Source: a virus (Duplodnaviria; Caudoviricetes). From it: 61,002 nt of DNA. Below are positions 9,301 through 18,208 of this stretch, piece after piece. The stretch lies in the IMG/VR virus record IMGVR_UViG_3300011115_000173, positions 1-61,002 of that record. One strand, written 5' to 3'. The position numbers were made by a program, and so were the translations under genes. Numbering within the stretch: the stretch's first letter is position 1; each line of letters starts with the position of its first letter. The notes under the pieces are model-generated. The model saw only the letters and a program-made list of their open reading frames with translations. It searched no databases and had not been told where the DNA came from.

Positions 9301-9383
9301 GATGATTTCCTTACATACAAGTGAAGTGCATCAATCGGTATGTCGTTTGCCGGGACAATTTGATGCACCGGAAACCCCGGATT
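9301..9383 (-). promoter_or_regulatory. Structured 5' leader with potential double pseudoknot
   Basis: 9-bp stem 9326-9334/9360-9368; loop segments complementary to 9376-9380 and to 9313-9318, the latter next to the SD. Confidence 0.5.
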
Positions 9384-9389
9384 AAAAGC

Positions 9390-9418
9390 AATATAGCACA
9401 GACAAACAAGAAGTGCAA
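9390..9418 (-). promoter_or_regulatory. Sigma70-type promoter
   Basis: TTGCAC-17 nt-TATATT with an extended TGn, just downstream of the capsid terminator. Confidence 0.65.
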
Positions 9419-9426
9419 CGGAAAAT

Positions 9427-9453
9427 AAAAAGGGAGCCGAAGCTCCCTTTTTT
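9427..9453. terminator. Bidirectional intrinsic terminator after the major capsid gene
   Basis: AAAAGGGAGC-CGAA-GCTCCCTTTTTT hairpin flanked by A and T tracts. Confidence 0.8.
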
Positions 9454-9486
9454 GTAGCAAGCTAGCTAGGCTAGCTGCGGATTCGA

Positions 9487-10419
9487 TTAAGACGAACCAG
9501 AGCTGCCCCACATTCCGAGCGGATCCGACCAGCCAAAGCTGTAGCGCTCACGAGACTTGTAACGGACGTTTCCAGTGTCGAAATCCCCGTCCATCGAGTT
9601 GTTCAATGGGGTACGCTCGAAGTGCTTCAGGCCGTTTGGCACGTCCGTGCAGAGGAACCAAGCGTTCGTGTCTGTCAAGAAGTGGTTAACGCAATAACCT
9701 TCTGGAATCGAACCGTTGTTCTTGATTGCGTTGATATCGTTGTCGGTAGTACCAACACGCAGGCTGGTTTCCAACAGACGGGTAGCAACGAATTGCAGAG
9801 CAGGCGGAACAATCATCTTGCGTGGCTTGGCGGCGATCAGCAGACCGCGCTCATCAACCCATGCAGCGATTTGAATCACAGCATTTTCCAGTGAGGTTTC
9901 GTTCAAGTCAACGCCAGTCGCTGGGCTGTTGTAGTTAACGCCGCCATTGACGAGTGGGTGACCCACACGAGAGCTGGAAGAATTAACGCCAAACAACGAT
10001 ACACCGTCACCGCCGAGGTAAGAACCGCTAAAGCCGTTGTTCACGACAGAAGCTGCTTTAACCTGCTTGGTGTAGGCCATAGCGCGTGCCAGACCTTTGG
10101 TGTAACGAGCCGACAGACTGTCGTACAGGTTATCTTCGACTGCCTCTTCGGTAATCGAGAAGCCCAAAGCGATGGTCTCGTGGCTGTAACGTGCAGTGAA
10201 GGCTTCCTGCGCATTGTCATAAGCAATGGCTTGGCCCTCGTTCTTCACTGGTGCAGCACCGAAGCCGGACAGCTTGGTTTCTTCTTCAAACGAGCGTTCC
10301 GATTTCTCGGTCTCGTAGATTTCCTTGTGCTCTTCGCCGTAACGTGCGTACTCCAGACCAAACAAAGCGTTCAGACCGGGGAGCAGTTCTTTAAGTAGTT
10401 GTGCGCGTGAAATAGCCAT
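9487..10419 (-). CDS. Major capsid protein
   Basis: 310 aa, MAISRAQLLKELLPGLNALFG; C-terminal RERYSFGWSDP; strong RBS, downstream terminator, follows scaffold region. Confidence 0.85.
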   Translation of the reverse strand: MAISRAQLLKELLPGLNALFGLEYARYGEEHKEIYETEKSERSFEEETKLSGFGAAPVKNEGQAIAYDNAQEAFTARYSHETIALGFSITEEAVEDNLYDSLSARYTKGLARAMAYTKQVKAASVVNNGFSGSYLGGDGVSLFGVNSSSSRVGHPLVNGGVNYNSPATGVDLNETSLENAVIQIAAWVDERGLLIAAKPRKMIVPPALQFVATRLLETSLRVGTTDNDINAIKNNGSIPEGYCVNHFLTDTNAWFLCTDVPNGLKHFERTPLNNSMDGDFDTGNVRYKSRERYSFGWSDPLGMWGSSGSS

Positions 10420-10431
10420 GATTTAGCTCCT

Positions 10432-11067
10432 TTACAGACCAACAGCGTTGCTGTAAGAGTGGTATCCGGGGTTAAACTTCACCAGAATGTCAGTATATGC
10501 GTCACCCGCAACCGAGAAGCCCTGCATGTTAGGAAAACCAATAACGCGGAAAGCGCCAGTGGTTGTCTGTGCTGTGGCACTTACAGAAGTGGTTGAGTTG
10601 CCAGTGGTAGTACTACCTGTAGAGGTAGATTGCGCAGCACTCAAAATTACGTTAGCGCCCAAAGCAGCAAAAGTCAAACTGCCATCGGCTTGCACTTGGA
10701 AAACAGCGCGGTCATCATCAATGACGTATGCAGTAATCGCCGTGCCAGTAGGAGCAGCGTAGTTGGCGGGGTAGTACTGAGCGTAGATTACCTGACCTTG
10801 TGCATTCACGTACGAGCAACCAACAAAAACGCCAACTACACCAGTGTTAGCCGTACCAGTGGGGAAACCATTGGTTGTAGCATCAGCACCAGTCGCGGTA
10901 GCGATTTGCAAATAGCCTGTCGAAGCTACGTAGACCAACGAACCATTGAAAATGTTCGTGTTGTAACCAGCAGGGTTAATGGGAAACTGACGCGTGCTGC
11001 CCGAATAGGGTAGACCGCCCAGCTCATTTACGGCTTTAAAGCCATAGGGTGAAGCAGTTGATGCCAT
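10432..11067 (-). CDS. Putative capsid cement/decoration protein
   Basis: 211 aa immediately upstream of the capsid gene; PYGFK, GVFVGCSY and DDDRAVFQVQ motifs. Confidence 0.6.
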   Translation of the reverse strand: MASTASPYGFKAVNELGGLPYSGSTRQFPINPAGYNTNIFNGSLVYVASTGYLQIATATGADATTNGFPTGTANTGVVGVFVGCSYVNAQGQVIYAQYYPANYAAPTGTAITAYVIDDDRAVFQVQADGSLTFAALGANVILSAAQSTSTGSTTTGNSTTSVSATAQTTTGAFRVIGFPNMQGFSVAGDAYTDILVKFNPGYHSYSNAVGL

Positions 11068-11078
11068 AAGGCACTCCT

Positions 11079-11531
11079 TTATTTAGAACCTGAACCAAAT
11101 CCTTGTCCGCGACTGGCTGTTGACTTGCGGTCAGCAAACAGAGGCATCCGAGGGTCATTATTTCGCATGAAGTGATTGTCCACTGAGTCCATCTGGTTCT
11201 GCGCTTGCAGGTTGTAGTACTCGTCACGGGACTGTGCGCGTTCGGCAGACATCTTGCAAAGCATGAGGCCACCAATCTCGACATTTCCGGTCTTTTCACT
11301 ACCTGCCAGCATCAGTTCTGGATGGTCTACTGCCTTTACAGGCTCCCAGCCTTCGCGCATCTTGCGAGACACGTTGGTCGGGTTTGCCTCGCCCAGCAAA
11401 TGGGTCATCACCCAACGATACACATAACCCGGCTCAGGAGTCGGGTCCGGTAACGCCGATGGTGGCACATACACAGAACGAGCAGTTTTGTCGCGTGATA
11501 CCAGATCACGAGGGGTGCGATTTTCAGCCAT
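11079..11531 (-). CDS. Head-assembly-region protein
   Basis: Likely start MAENRTPR; GYVYRWV...REGWEPV...GGLMLCK. Confidence 0.7.
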   Translation of the reverse strand: MAENRTPRDLVSRDKTARSVYVPPSALPDPTPEPGYVYRWVMTHLLGEANPTNVSRKMREGWEPVKAVDHPELMLAGSEKTGNVEIGGLMLCKMSAERAQSRDEYYNLQAQNQMDSVDNHFMRNNDPRMPLFADRKSTASRGQGFGSGSK

Positions 11532-12465
11532 TATTTTTCTCCAATTTTGCAACTTCAACAGCATATTGCTGCGGGGTTAATCCGTACTTTTTTGCCAACG
11601 CAATTTGCGTGGGGGTGAGTTGAATTTTTTTTGCGCCCGAAGAACGCGCTGCGGGAGCAACAACCGAGGTTGGCCGTTTTGGAGAGTCTGATGACTTCCG
11701 ATCTTCTGTTTCCCCAAAAACTTCAGGGAACTTAGACTTCACGCGTGCGTCAATGCGCTCGTAGTATTCGTCACTTCGCGGGTCAACCCCGTTATTGACT
11801 AGATTTTGGTGCAGCCCTAGTGCAAAGCTGGTAACTTCTTCAAACCCGTTTGACCCGAACCACTGGTTTTTTGCTTGCCAGCGCAAGGTTTTTTCGTCAG
11901 GTTGCACCTGTTGGGGTGCCGGTTGCCTCGTTTGTACATCATATTCTTCCGTCTGTAAAGGGGGTGGACGAAAGTTTTTTGCTGCCGCAATCTTCATTTT
12001 TGCTTCTGTCAGCGCTTCTTGGGCAGCAATAATGCCGTCCGTGTCAAACGACTCCTGCGCTACCTTGTAATCACGGCGGGCTTTGTCCAGCTCGGCTTCC
12101 GCAGCACTCTCAGCCATCTTGTTGTACTGCTGCGTGCCCGTGTCCACATACTGCTTGAGCCTTGTATTCTCGTTCTGCATGTGTTGAGCGATGCGCTCCA
12201 GCTCTTGCTTTTCACGCTGTATGGCTTCTTTAGCCCTGCGCTCGTCGTGGCGGGCGTGTGTCAACTCCTTGATACGCTCTTGAGCACCCTTGGTGTAGGT
12301 CTCAATTTCGGCATCGGTGGGGTCAAGTACTTCCCGGTCTAACGGCTTGCGCCCTCGGTCTCGTTCGGGGGTGTCATCGACAATCTCAATTTCGATCTCG
12401 TCGTCTTGTTGGTTGACTACAACAGTGGTTTCCTGTTCGTCGGGGAATTTGTATGCGTCTGCCAT
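11524..12465 (-). CDS. Putative scaffolding protein
   Basis: Acidic N-terminus, long coiled coil, C-terminal LTPTQIALAKKYGLTPQQYA; lies between portal and capsid genes. Confidence 0.7.
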   Translation of the reverse strand: MADAYKFPDEQETTVVVNQQDDEIEIEIVDDTPERDRGRKPLDREVLDPTDAEIETYTKGAQERIKELTHARHDERRAKEAIQREKQELERIAQHMQNENTRLKQYVDTGTQQYNKMAESAAEAELDKARRDYKVAQESFDTDGIIAAQEALTEAKMKIAAAKNFRPPPLQTEEYDVQTRQPAPQQVQPDEKTLRWQAKNQWFGSNGFEEVTSFALGLHQNLVNNGVDPRSDEYYERIDARVKSKFPEVFGETEDRKSSDSPKRPTSVVAPAARSSGAKKIQLTPTQIALAKKYGLTPQQYAVEVAKLEKNNG

Positions 12466-12476
12466 TTAAAGCTCCT

Positions 12477-12911
12477 TTAAGCGCGGGTTAACCCACGGGG
12501 GTCTTGGACAACTGCGTCCACCTGATCGTCATTTATCAAACGGAATTCTTTTCCGTAGATTTTGAAGCGCGTACCTGAATACGTACGCACGAGCACAAAG
12601 TCACCTGCCTTGCACCACGGACCTGCCGGGAACTTGGTGGTGTCGCTGTACGCGTCTGGGCCTACTTTTAAGACAAACAGCACCGTGGTGGCGTGTTCTT
12701 CTTGCCGCATGAACTGTCCGGCTTTAACAATAGACGAGTTCTCAAACGTCTCTACAACGTCAGGCACAGCGCACAGGATTTTCCAGCCCGATGGGTCGGG
12801 TAGCTGGCGTGCTTTTTCGTCGTCGGTGGGAGGGTCTACTTCTGGGGCTTCGGCTAAATGAGCCGTTTCGGGCAGCACGAAGCTGTTGGGTTCAAGGCTA
12901 AGTTCACTCAT
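12477..12911 (-). CDS. groES: GroES-like co-chaperonin
   Basis: PSGWKIL...VLKVGPDAY...GDFVL...YSGTRFKIYGKEFRLINDDQVDAVV matches the Cpn10 pattern. Confidence 0.8.
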   Translation of the reverse strand: MSELSLEPNSFVLPETAHLAEAPEVDPPTDDEKARQLPDPSGWKILCAVPDVVETFENSSIVKAGQFMRQEEHATTVLFVLKVGPDAYSDTTKFPAGPWCKAGDFVLVRTYSGTRFKIYGKEFRLINDDQVDAVVQDPRGLTRA

Positions 12912-13098
12912 CTGATTCTTCCACTTTCTTAGCAAGGTCGAGTAAGTAACGCTCTGCGATAGCCAGACCTTGGATGATTCCGCAGAGTTTTTGGTATTGA
13001 TCGAACGACCGACAGGCTCCCCCAGCGAGGTCGTCTGTGTAGTTGTTCATATCGGTGCGTATTTGTTCGCGCAATACGCGTGCGAAGTCTTGAATCAT
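12904..13098 (-). CDS. Small protein downstream of portal
   Basis: 64 aa; YQKLCGIIQGL. Confidence 0.65.
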   Translation of the reverse strand: MIQDFARVLREQIRTDMNNYTDDLAGGACRSFDQYQKLCGIIQGLAIAERYLLDLAKKVEESDE

Positions 13099-13107
13099 TT
13101 AATTAAC

Positions 13108-15573
13108 TTACCCTTTCGGTGGTTGGTTTTTCATTCCCGCCTGTTGGCGGCTTCTTGCGATATCGATGCCCATGCGAACACCGTCTCGTTCTTGGCTGGC
13201 TTGCAGTGTCTTGTCGGCTTGCGTGGCCTGCTGGCCCGCCTTAAACCCATCAAGCTGCATCTTGCCTTCCAGCGCTTGTTTCTTCAGCTCCAGCTCATCC
13301 GCCTTAGTGGCGGCATCAATCTGAAGTTTCTTTTCCTTGAGGTCAACTTCGCGTTCCTTGATCTTCATGTCCTGCTGCTGGAGCTGGATAACTGGGTCTT
13401 GGGCTTGCTGCTGCGCCTGCTGCTGCGCCGCTTGGGCTTGGCTCTGCTGGAGAACCTGCGCCGCCGCCTGCGCCATCATTCCCGACAACGCCAACTCAAT
13501 CTGCGGCGGGAGCTTCTCGTCTTCGGGCGGCAACGGCATACCCAACTGCTGCTCAATCTTCTGGCGGTAGCCAAAGCCAACGTGCTCAGCAATGTGCGCC
13601 ATCATCGCGCCCTGAAGCATCTGCGCCTTGGGGTTTTGTCCCACCAACTGCATGATGATGGGGTCTTGCATTGCAGCCATGTGTACTTTGATGTGCGACT
13701 CGTGGTCTTGGTACATGAACGCCTTGACAGGTGCGCCCTTGAGAATCTCCATGTTCTCCGTCACTGGGTCGCGTGGCTTCTGGTCGTCCGGCAGGGGCAC
13801 CAGCTTGTCTGCATTCTTAATACCCAGTACCTCAAGCATCTGGCGGTGCAGGTACGGCTGGTCGTAAATGGTCGGAGACATCTGCGCCATCTGGATGACG
13901 GCTTGGTACTGCACCACACGCTGGCTCATGGTGGCCGCGTTGGGGTCCGATACAGGAATAATGTCAACGTGGTTGTAGTCCTCGGCCTTGGCTCTACGTC
14001 CGCCTTTTTCTGGCTCGTAGTCGTAGTCTGGGTCGGTGTAGTCGCGTATCAAGCCCGCCAACAGGCGTAGCTCTTGTTTGAAGCTGTAGTGCAGTCGTGC
14101 CTGAACTGCGGACATCACTTTAAGCTGGCGCTCCAGCAGGGCCAGTGTGGTGCCTACGGGCGCGTTAGCCGACATGTCGGCTATCTTCATATCCGCAGTA
14201 GCCGCGAACCTGCGGCCCTCTTCAACGATGGTTCCTAACAGACCCGCCAAGACCTGACTTGGCTCTTTATACGGCAGGGGCAGAATACTGTCGCGCAGCG
14301 TGCCCGAGCCAATGTCTACATCCCGGAACTCGCCGGGGGCAATCGGAGTGTCATCACCCTTAATCCGAAGTCCCCGAGACTTGAGACCTCCGGGGAGGTT
14401 GGACAGGGTGCCCGCATCGACGAGTTGTCGCATGATGCTGGTGGCTGACTTGGCGTAGCCGCCGATGAGGTGGAACAGCCCAAAGCCGTAAGCCCCAAAG
14501 CCGGGGATGTATTGGTAGTGTACGAAGTGCTGGCGCTTGAGGTGTAAATCATCACTCTCAAGCCAGTTGCGTCGAATGGACAAGACATCATTAGTTCCTT
14601 TAATTAGGGTTACTACGTAGGGAAGCGCAATGCCCGTAACTTCCCCGGCTTCATCCTTATCCTCATATCCCGGCAGGTCCAGCTCTACGTGGCACTCCAT
14701 CAGGATATAGCGATCATCGTTCAAATCACTGAAGCCCGTCTCTTTGTCCTTGGCCTTCTCAATGTTGGTCTGCTCCCGGCTCGGGTCACCCAGCTCGATA
14801 TCGCGATAAAAGCCCGCTTGCTGGAGCTTGACGATCTCGTTCTTGGTCTTACGCATGACGTGCGTCACGCGGTAGCACGTATCCAAGTCAGTCGTGCCGT
14901 ACGGCAAGATGATGTCCTCGGCGGGCACAAACATGGACACCTGCCGACCCAGTGAGGGGTCGTAGTACACCTTCTTGAATGCCGAACCCGTGGCAGGCAG
15001 TGACCACAACATGCGTTCATGCTCGGGGCGGAACTCGCGCATCACGTCCGTCAGCTCGTAGTTCATGTCCGACTCAACCCGCTGCGCAGCTTGCTGCTTC
15101 TCAGGGGTCTCTTTACCAAGAATCTTGGTGCGCACCGGGCCTGCGGCTGGGAACGTCTCGGTGATCGTCTCACTCTGAAACCGCACAACGGCTTCGGTAA
15201 TCATGGGGTGGAACACGCCAGACGCTCCGTTCCACGGCTCCGTGCGCTCTTCAATCTGCAAGCCCAGTAGTTTCAAGCCCTCGGTGTAGGCTTTCTCCCA
15301 GTCCTTGCGGGAGTTCCTGTCGTTCTCAATGTCCCCAGCAAGGTCGCCAGCCATCGTCTCTATGGCGCTTGCGTCCATGTCGTCGGCCAGATTGGCATCA
15401 AAGTCGTCTTTAGCGTCGGCTTCAACCTTGGCAAGCTCCAGCTCAAAGCCCGGACCGTGGATGCTGACCCCTTCTGGGTCTACGATCTCAATCTCAATGC
15501 CCTGCTCATCTGCTGCATAGTCGTCTATGCCTTGGGGCTGTTGGTAGAGTGCTTTGTCGATGTTCGTTGCCAT
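13108..15573 (-). CDS. Portal protein (podovirus-type, with Q-rich C-terminal coiled coil)
   Basis: 821 aa directly after terL; GSAFKKVYYD motif; helical C-terminal region. Confidence 0.85.
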   Translation of the reverse strand: MATNIDKALYQQPQGIDDYAADEQGIEIEIVDPEGVSIHGPGFELELAKVEADAKDDFDANLADDMDASAIETMAGDLAGDIENDRNSRKDWEKAYTEGLKLLGLQIEERTEPWNGASGVFHPMITEAVVRFQSETITETFPAAGPVRTKILGKETPEKQQAAQRVESDMNYELTDVMREFRPEHERMLWSLPATGSAFKKVYYDPSLGRQVSMFVPAEDIILPYGTTDLDTCYRVTHVMRKTKNEIVKLQQAGFYRDIELGDPSREQTNIEKAKDKETGFSDLNDDRYILMECHVELDLPGYEDKDEAGEVTGIALPYVVTLIKGTNDVLSIRRNWLESDDLHLKRQHFVHYQYIPGFGAYGFGLFHLIGGYAKSATSIMRQLVDAGTLSNLPGGLKSRGLRIKGDDTPIAPGEFRDVDIGSGTLRDSILPLPYKEPSQVLAGLLGTIVEEGRRFAATADMKIADMSANAPVGTTLALLERQLKVMSAVQARLHYSFKQELRLLAGLIRDYTDPDYDYEPEKGGRRAKAEDYNHVDIIPVSDPNAATMSQRVVQYQAVIQMAQMSPTIYDQPYLHRQMLEVLGIKNADKLVPLPDDQKPRDPVTENMEILKGAPVKAFMYQDHESHIKVHMAAMQDPIIMQLVGQNPKAQMLQGAMMAHIAEHVGFGYRQKIEQQLGMPLPPEDEKLPPQIELALSGMMAQAAAQVLQQSQAQAAQQQAQQQAQDPVIQLQQQDMKIKEREVDLKEKKLQIDAATKADELELKKQALEGKMQLDGFKAGQQATQADKTLQASQERDGVRMGIDIARSRQQAGMKNQPPKG

Positions 15574-15581
15574 GTTGTTCC

Positions 15582-17117
15582 TTAGTAGTAGGCCGCTTTG
15601 CGTCCTCTGTAAATCCTATCGTCTTTCTCGTCGGTATCCAGCGAGATAAACCCACCTTGCCTGAAGCGTAGCAGCGCCTGACTGGTTGTGTCCACGTAGT
15701 CGTCGTTCTCGCCTACCGGGAACGCCGCTACTTCTTCAATGACTTCTCGCGCCCAGCGGGTATCCGGTGCCCAGACAATACCGGACGTGAACAGGTCTGC
15801 AATCGCGTTGACCCGCACCATCTTATCGTTTCCCCGGCTCGGTGTAAATTCTTGTACGGGGATGCCCATCGCCCGTAGCTCTTGGATGAGCGGACCCCCA
15901 GCGGCCTTTTTCTCCACAATAAACGCGTCTGGGTCCCACTCTTTCCAGTGCTTGAAGGCGATCACCTTCAGCTCGGGGAACGCCATCCGGTCTTTAAACG
16001 CGTCCAGCAGCATGAGCTGCGGGGCATTGTTTTCTTCTTCGTTGTACCAAACGCCCCAAGTCGTGCAGGCCGAATAGTCGGAGGTGCTCTTGGTCTCGTG
16101 CGCCGTGTCCCAGCTCTGGATGATGTACTCACAAGGCGGCGGGTCGTCGTGGAGCCAGATGCGCCAACTCTTTCGGCTGATGATGGCCGAAACGTCCGAG
16201 GTCGGCTGCTGCATGTACTGCGCGTTCCAATACCTCGGGTCCATCGACGACTTGGCGGACTTCAAAGACTCCAGAGGCCACTGCTCGGGCCAAAGTGACT
16301 TCTCGTTTTCCGTGCCTTCGTTGAGGATGGCAGGCAGCTCCACGATCTCCCAGCGCGGTGAGTCGGGGTTCTTGACTTGGTAGTCGATCAGCCGCCCGGT
16401 CAGGTCGAGCGGCCCCCAGCGGGTCATCACAACAATAATGGCACCGTTGGGCATCAAGCGCTGGAGCGGGCCTGTCTGGAACCACGACCAAGCCGTGTCA
16501 AACGCTAGACGACTGTTGGCTTTAACGTCTTGTTCTGAGTGGGGGTCGTCGATCATGAACAGGTCAGCGCCCCGGCCTGCCAAGGCTCCACCCACACCAG
16601 CGGCGTAATACTGACCACCGTCAGCCGTTGACCACTTGCCGGAGGCTTTCTGGTCTTGCGCGAGTTTGGTTCCGGGGAACACGGCGTTGTAGTCCTCGTC
16701 CTCCAGCATGTTCCTGACCCGGCGACCAAAGTCTTCCGACAAGGACGCGGTGTGCGTGCCCATGATAATTTTCTTATTAGGGTAATTACCTAGGAAGAAT
16801 GCCGGGAACAAATAACTGCTGAACTCGGACTTACCCATCCTCGGCGCGATATTAATAATGACGCGTTTCTTTTTGCCGTCGATCACGTCTTGGAAAATCT
16901 TGGACAGCTTGCGATGATGGGGGCCAACCTTGAAGCCGGGGTAAACGCGCCGAGCAAAGTCGATCATGTTGGTACGCGAGTTCTTAAGCGACATCCTGCG
17001 ATCGCGCTCTTCCAGCATCTCCATCAGCTCAAGCTTGTTCTTGACCGTCATCGTCGGCAACGCAGCGCGTATGGCCGCGATCTCTTCTGCCTTCAGGTTG
17101 AGTGCGTCAAGCTTCAT
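15582..17117 (-). CDS. terL: Terminase large subunit
   Basis: Walker A PRMGKS, Walker B FMIDD, coupling motif VMTRW, RNase H-like SWDTA...DDYVD. Confidence 0.95.
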   Translation of the reverse strand: MKLDALNLKAEEIAAIRAALPTMTVKNKLELMEMLEERDRRMSLKNSRTNMIDFARRVYPGFKVGPHHRKLSKIFQDVIDGKKKRVIINIAPRMGKSEFSSYLFPAFFLGNYPNKKIIMGTHTASLSEDFGRRVRNMLEDEDYNAVFPGTKLAQDQKASGKWSTADGGQYYAAGVGGALAGRGADLFMIDDPHSEQDVKANSRLAFDTAWSWFQTGPLQRLMPNGAIIVVMTRWGPLDLTGRLIDYQVKNPDSPRWEIVELPAILNEGTENEKSLWPEQWPLESLKSAKSSMDPRYWNAQYMQQPTSDVSAIISRKSWRIWLHDDPPPCEYIIQSWDTAHETKSTSDYSACTTWGVWYNEEENNAPQLMLLDAFKDRMAFPELKVIAFKHWKEWDPDAFIVEKKAAGGPLIQELRAMGIPVQEFTPSRGNDKMVRVNAIADLFTSGIVWAPDTRWAREVIEEVAAFPVGENDDYVDTTSQALLRFRQGGFISLDTDEKDDRIYRGRKAAYY

Positions 17118-17745
17118 CGGCTTCTGATGTTAGTGAGTGCTCACTCTGTTTTAACGGTTCTACGTCCGTTATGTCGGGTTTGATCTCGCCGGAAGTTGCC
17201 TCTACATCGACCACGTTGAGCAGCGTGTCGAGCTTGTCTTGGAGCTTCTTGTCGATCTCGGCGTCGGTCATGTCCGTTTTGGTGACCGATACGCGGTCCG
17301 TGAACAGCGCCACTTCCGTGACCCGGCCCAGCATCTCGATGGCCTTGAGCCGAATCCGAGCGTCTGGGTGGTTGGTCTCCTCAATGATTTTGGCGACCGC
17401 CATTCCGCGCATCTGTTTGGCCTGCTCGACGAATTCCCAGTCATAGGCTGACAGCATGGTGACGAGGTGACGCACTGACTCAGGGGTCTTAAGCAGCGTC
17501 AACTGCGTTTTGGTGTCGTTGGGTGCCGTGTTGTTAGTTAACGCAGCGAAGACGGTACGTGCGGCCTTGGCTTCGGCTTCCTGAAGAATCTTGTTGTCGT
17601 CGTCAACACCAAGCTGCTCTAACCACTTCGTTGTATTGACCTGTGCGTTCAGCGTTTGCTCGGGCGTGGCTTTATCCAGACCGGAAACGTCTTTGCCTGT
17701 GGCCTCTACCACCGGGGGTTCAAAAGAAATCAGATGCTCAAACAT
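17107..17745 (-). CDS. Putative terminase small subunit
   Basis: Helical protein overlapping the terL start; RLKAIEMLG; start taken at MFEHL (an in-frame GTG at 17814 is an alternative). Confidence 0.65.
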   Translation of the reverse strand: MFEHLISFEPPVVEATGKDVSGLDKATPEQTLNAQVNTTKWLEQLGVDDDNKILQEAEAKAARTVFAALTNNTAPNDTKTQLTLLKTPESVRHLVTMLSAYDWEFVEQAKQMRGMAVAKIIEETNHPDARIRLKAIEMLGRVTEVALFTDRVSVTKTDMTDAEIDKKLQDKLDTLLNVVDVEATSGEIKPDITDVEPLKQSEHSLTSEADEA

Positions 17746-17757
17746 GCGCGTAGTACC

Positions 17758-17805
17758 TTGCGGACTCGGAGCCTGTAATGTACACTGCTTTTTAGGTAGT
17801 GTCTG
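17758..17805. promoter_or_regulatory. Overlapping divergent sigma70-type promoters
   Basis: Plus strand: TTGCGG(17758-63)-17-TACACT(17781-86). Minus strand: CAGACA(17805-800)-17-TACATT(17782-77). The two -10 boxes overlap. Confidence 0.55.
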
Positions 17806-17877
17806 TGTTTTCACAGTCGTTGCTTCTCCTCCGATGGCTGAAAATCCATCTTTGCCCGGTTCGCCGGGCATTTTTTT
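17793..17877 (+). ncRNA. Candidate small RNA with an anti-RBS loop
   Basis: Promoter, then a 9-bp stem (17814-22/17832-40, three G-U pairs that only form on the plus strand) with loop CUUCUCCUC, then an intrinsic terminator. Confidence 0.55.
17853..17877 (+). terminator. Intrinsic terminator
   Basis: TGCCCGG-TTCG-CCGGGCA followed by T7. Confidence 0.8.
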
Positions 17878-17886
17878 GTGTGTATT

Positions 17887-17902
17887 TGTCTACTGTTAGA
17901 CA
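17887..17902. promoter_or_regulatory. Palindromic operator-like site 1
   Basis: TGTCTA-CTGT-TAGACA; related copies at 26577 and 35494. Confidence 0.6.
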
Positions 17903-18208
17903 GAATTTAGCTTAATTTTTGCAAAATTTTGTGGGGTATGGGCTAATTTTTGGGTGCCGGGGGGTGTTTCTGTAGGTGCTTTGTTTGCAATTTAAGGCTA
18001 ATTTGGGTGTGATTTATGGATGATTAGACAAAAATTGAGATGATGGGAGGGGAATAGTGTTCATGTGGGACGGCCCTAGCTTGCCCTGTATTGCTTGGTG
18101 GGGGGCGGGTGGGGTTCGCCATACCCGTTTACGCCCCTATAGGCGCGCGAATTTACCCCATTCTTACAATAGAGTTAGCGGTTAGGGGGTTCCTAGCCGC
18201 ATAACCAA

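Noticed and set aside
12970-14070. 366-aa plus-strand ORF and similar antisense ORFs (e.g. 39317-40192, 36346-37065, 48403-49119)
   Set aside because: Shadows of well-supported genes on the opposite strand, with no motifs of their own.
17746-17871. 42-aa N-terminal extension of terS from the ORF track
   Set aside because: It starts inside a terminator hairpin with no SD and runs through promoter elements; only the internal GTG at 17814 is kept as an alternative.
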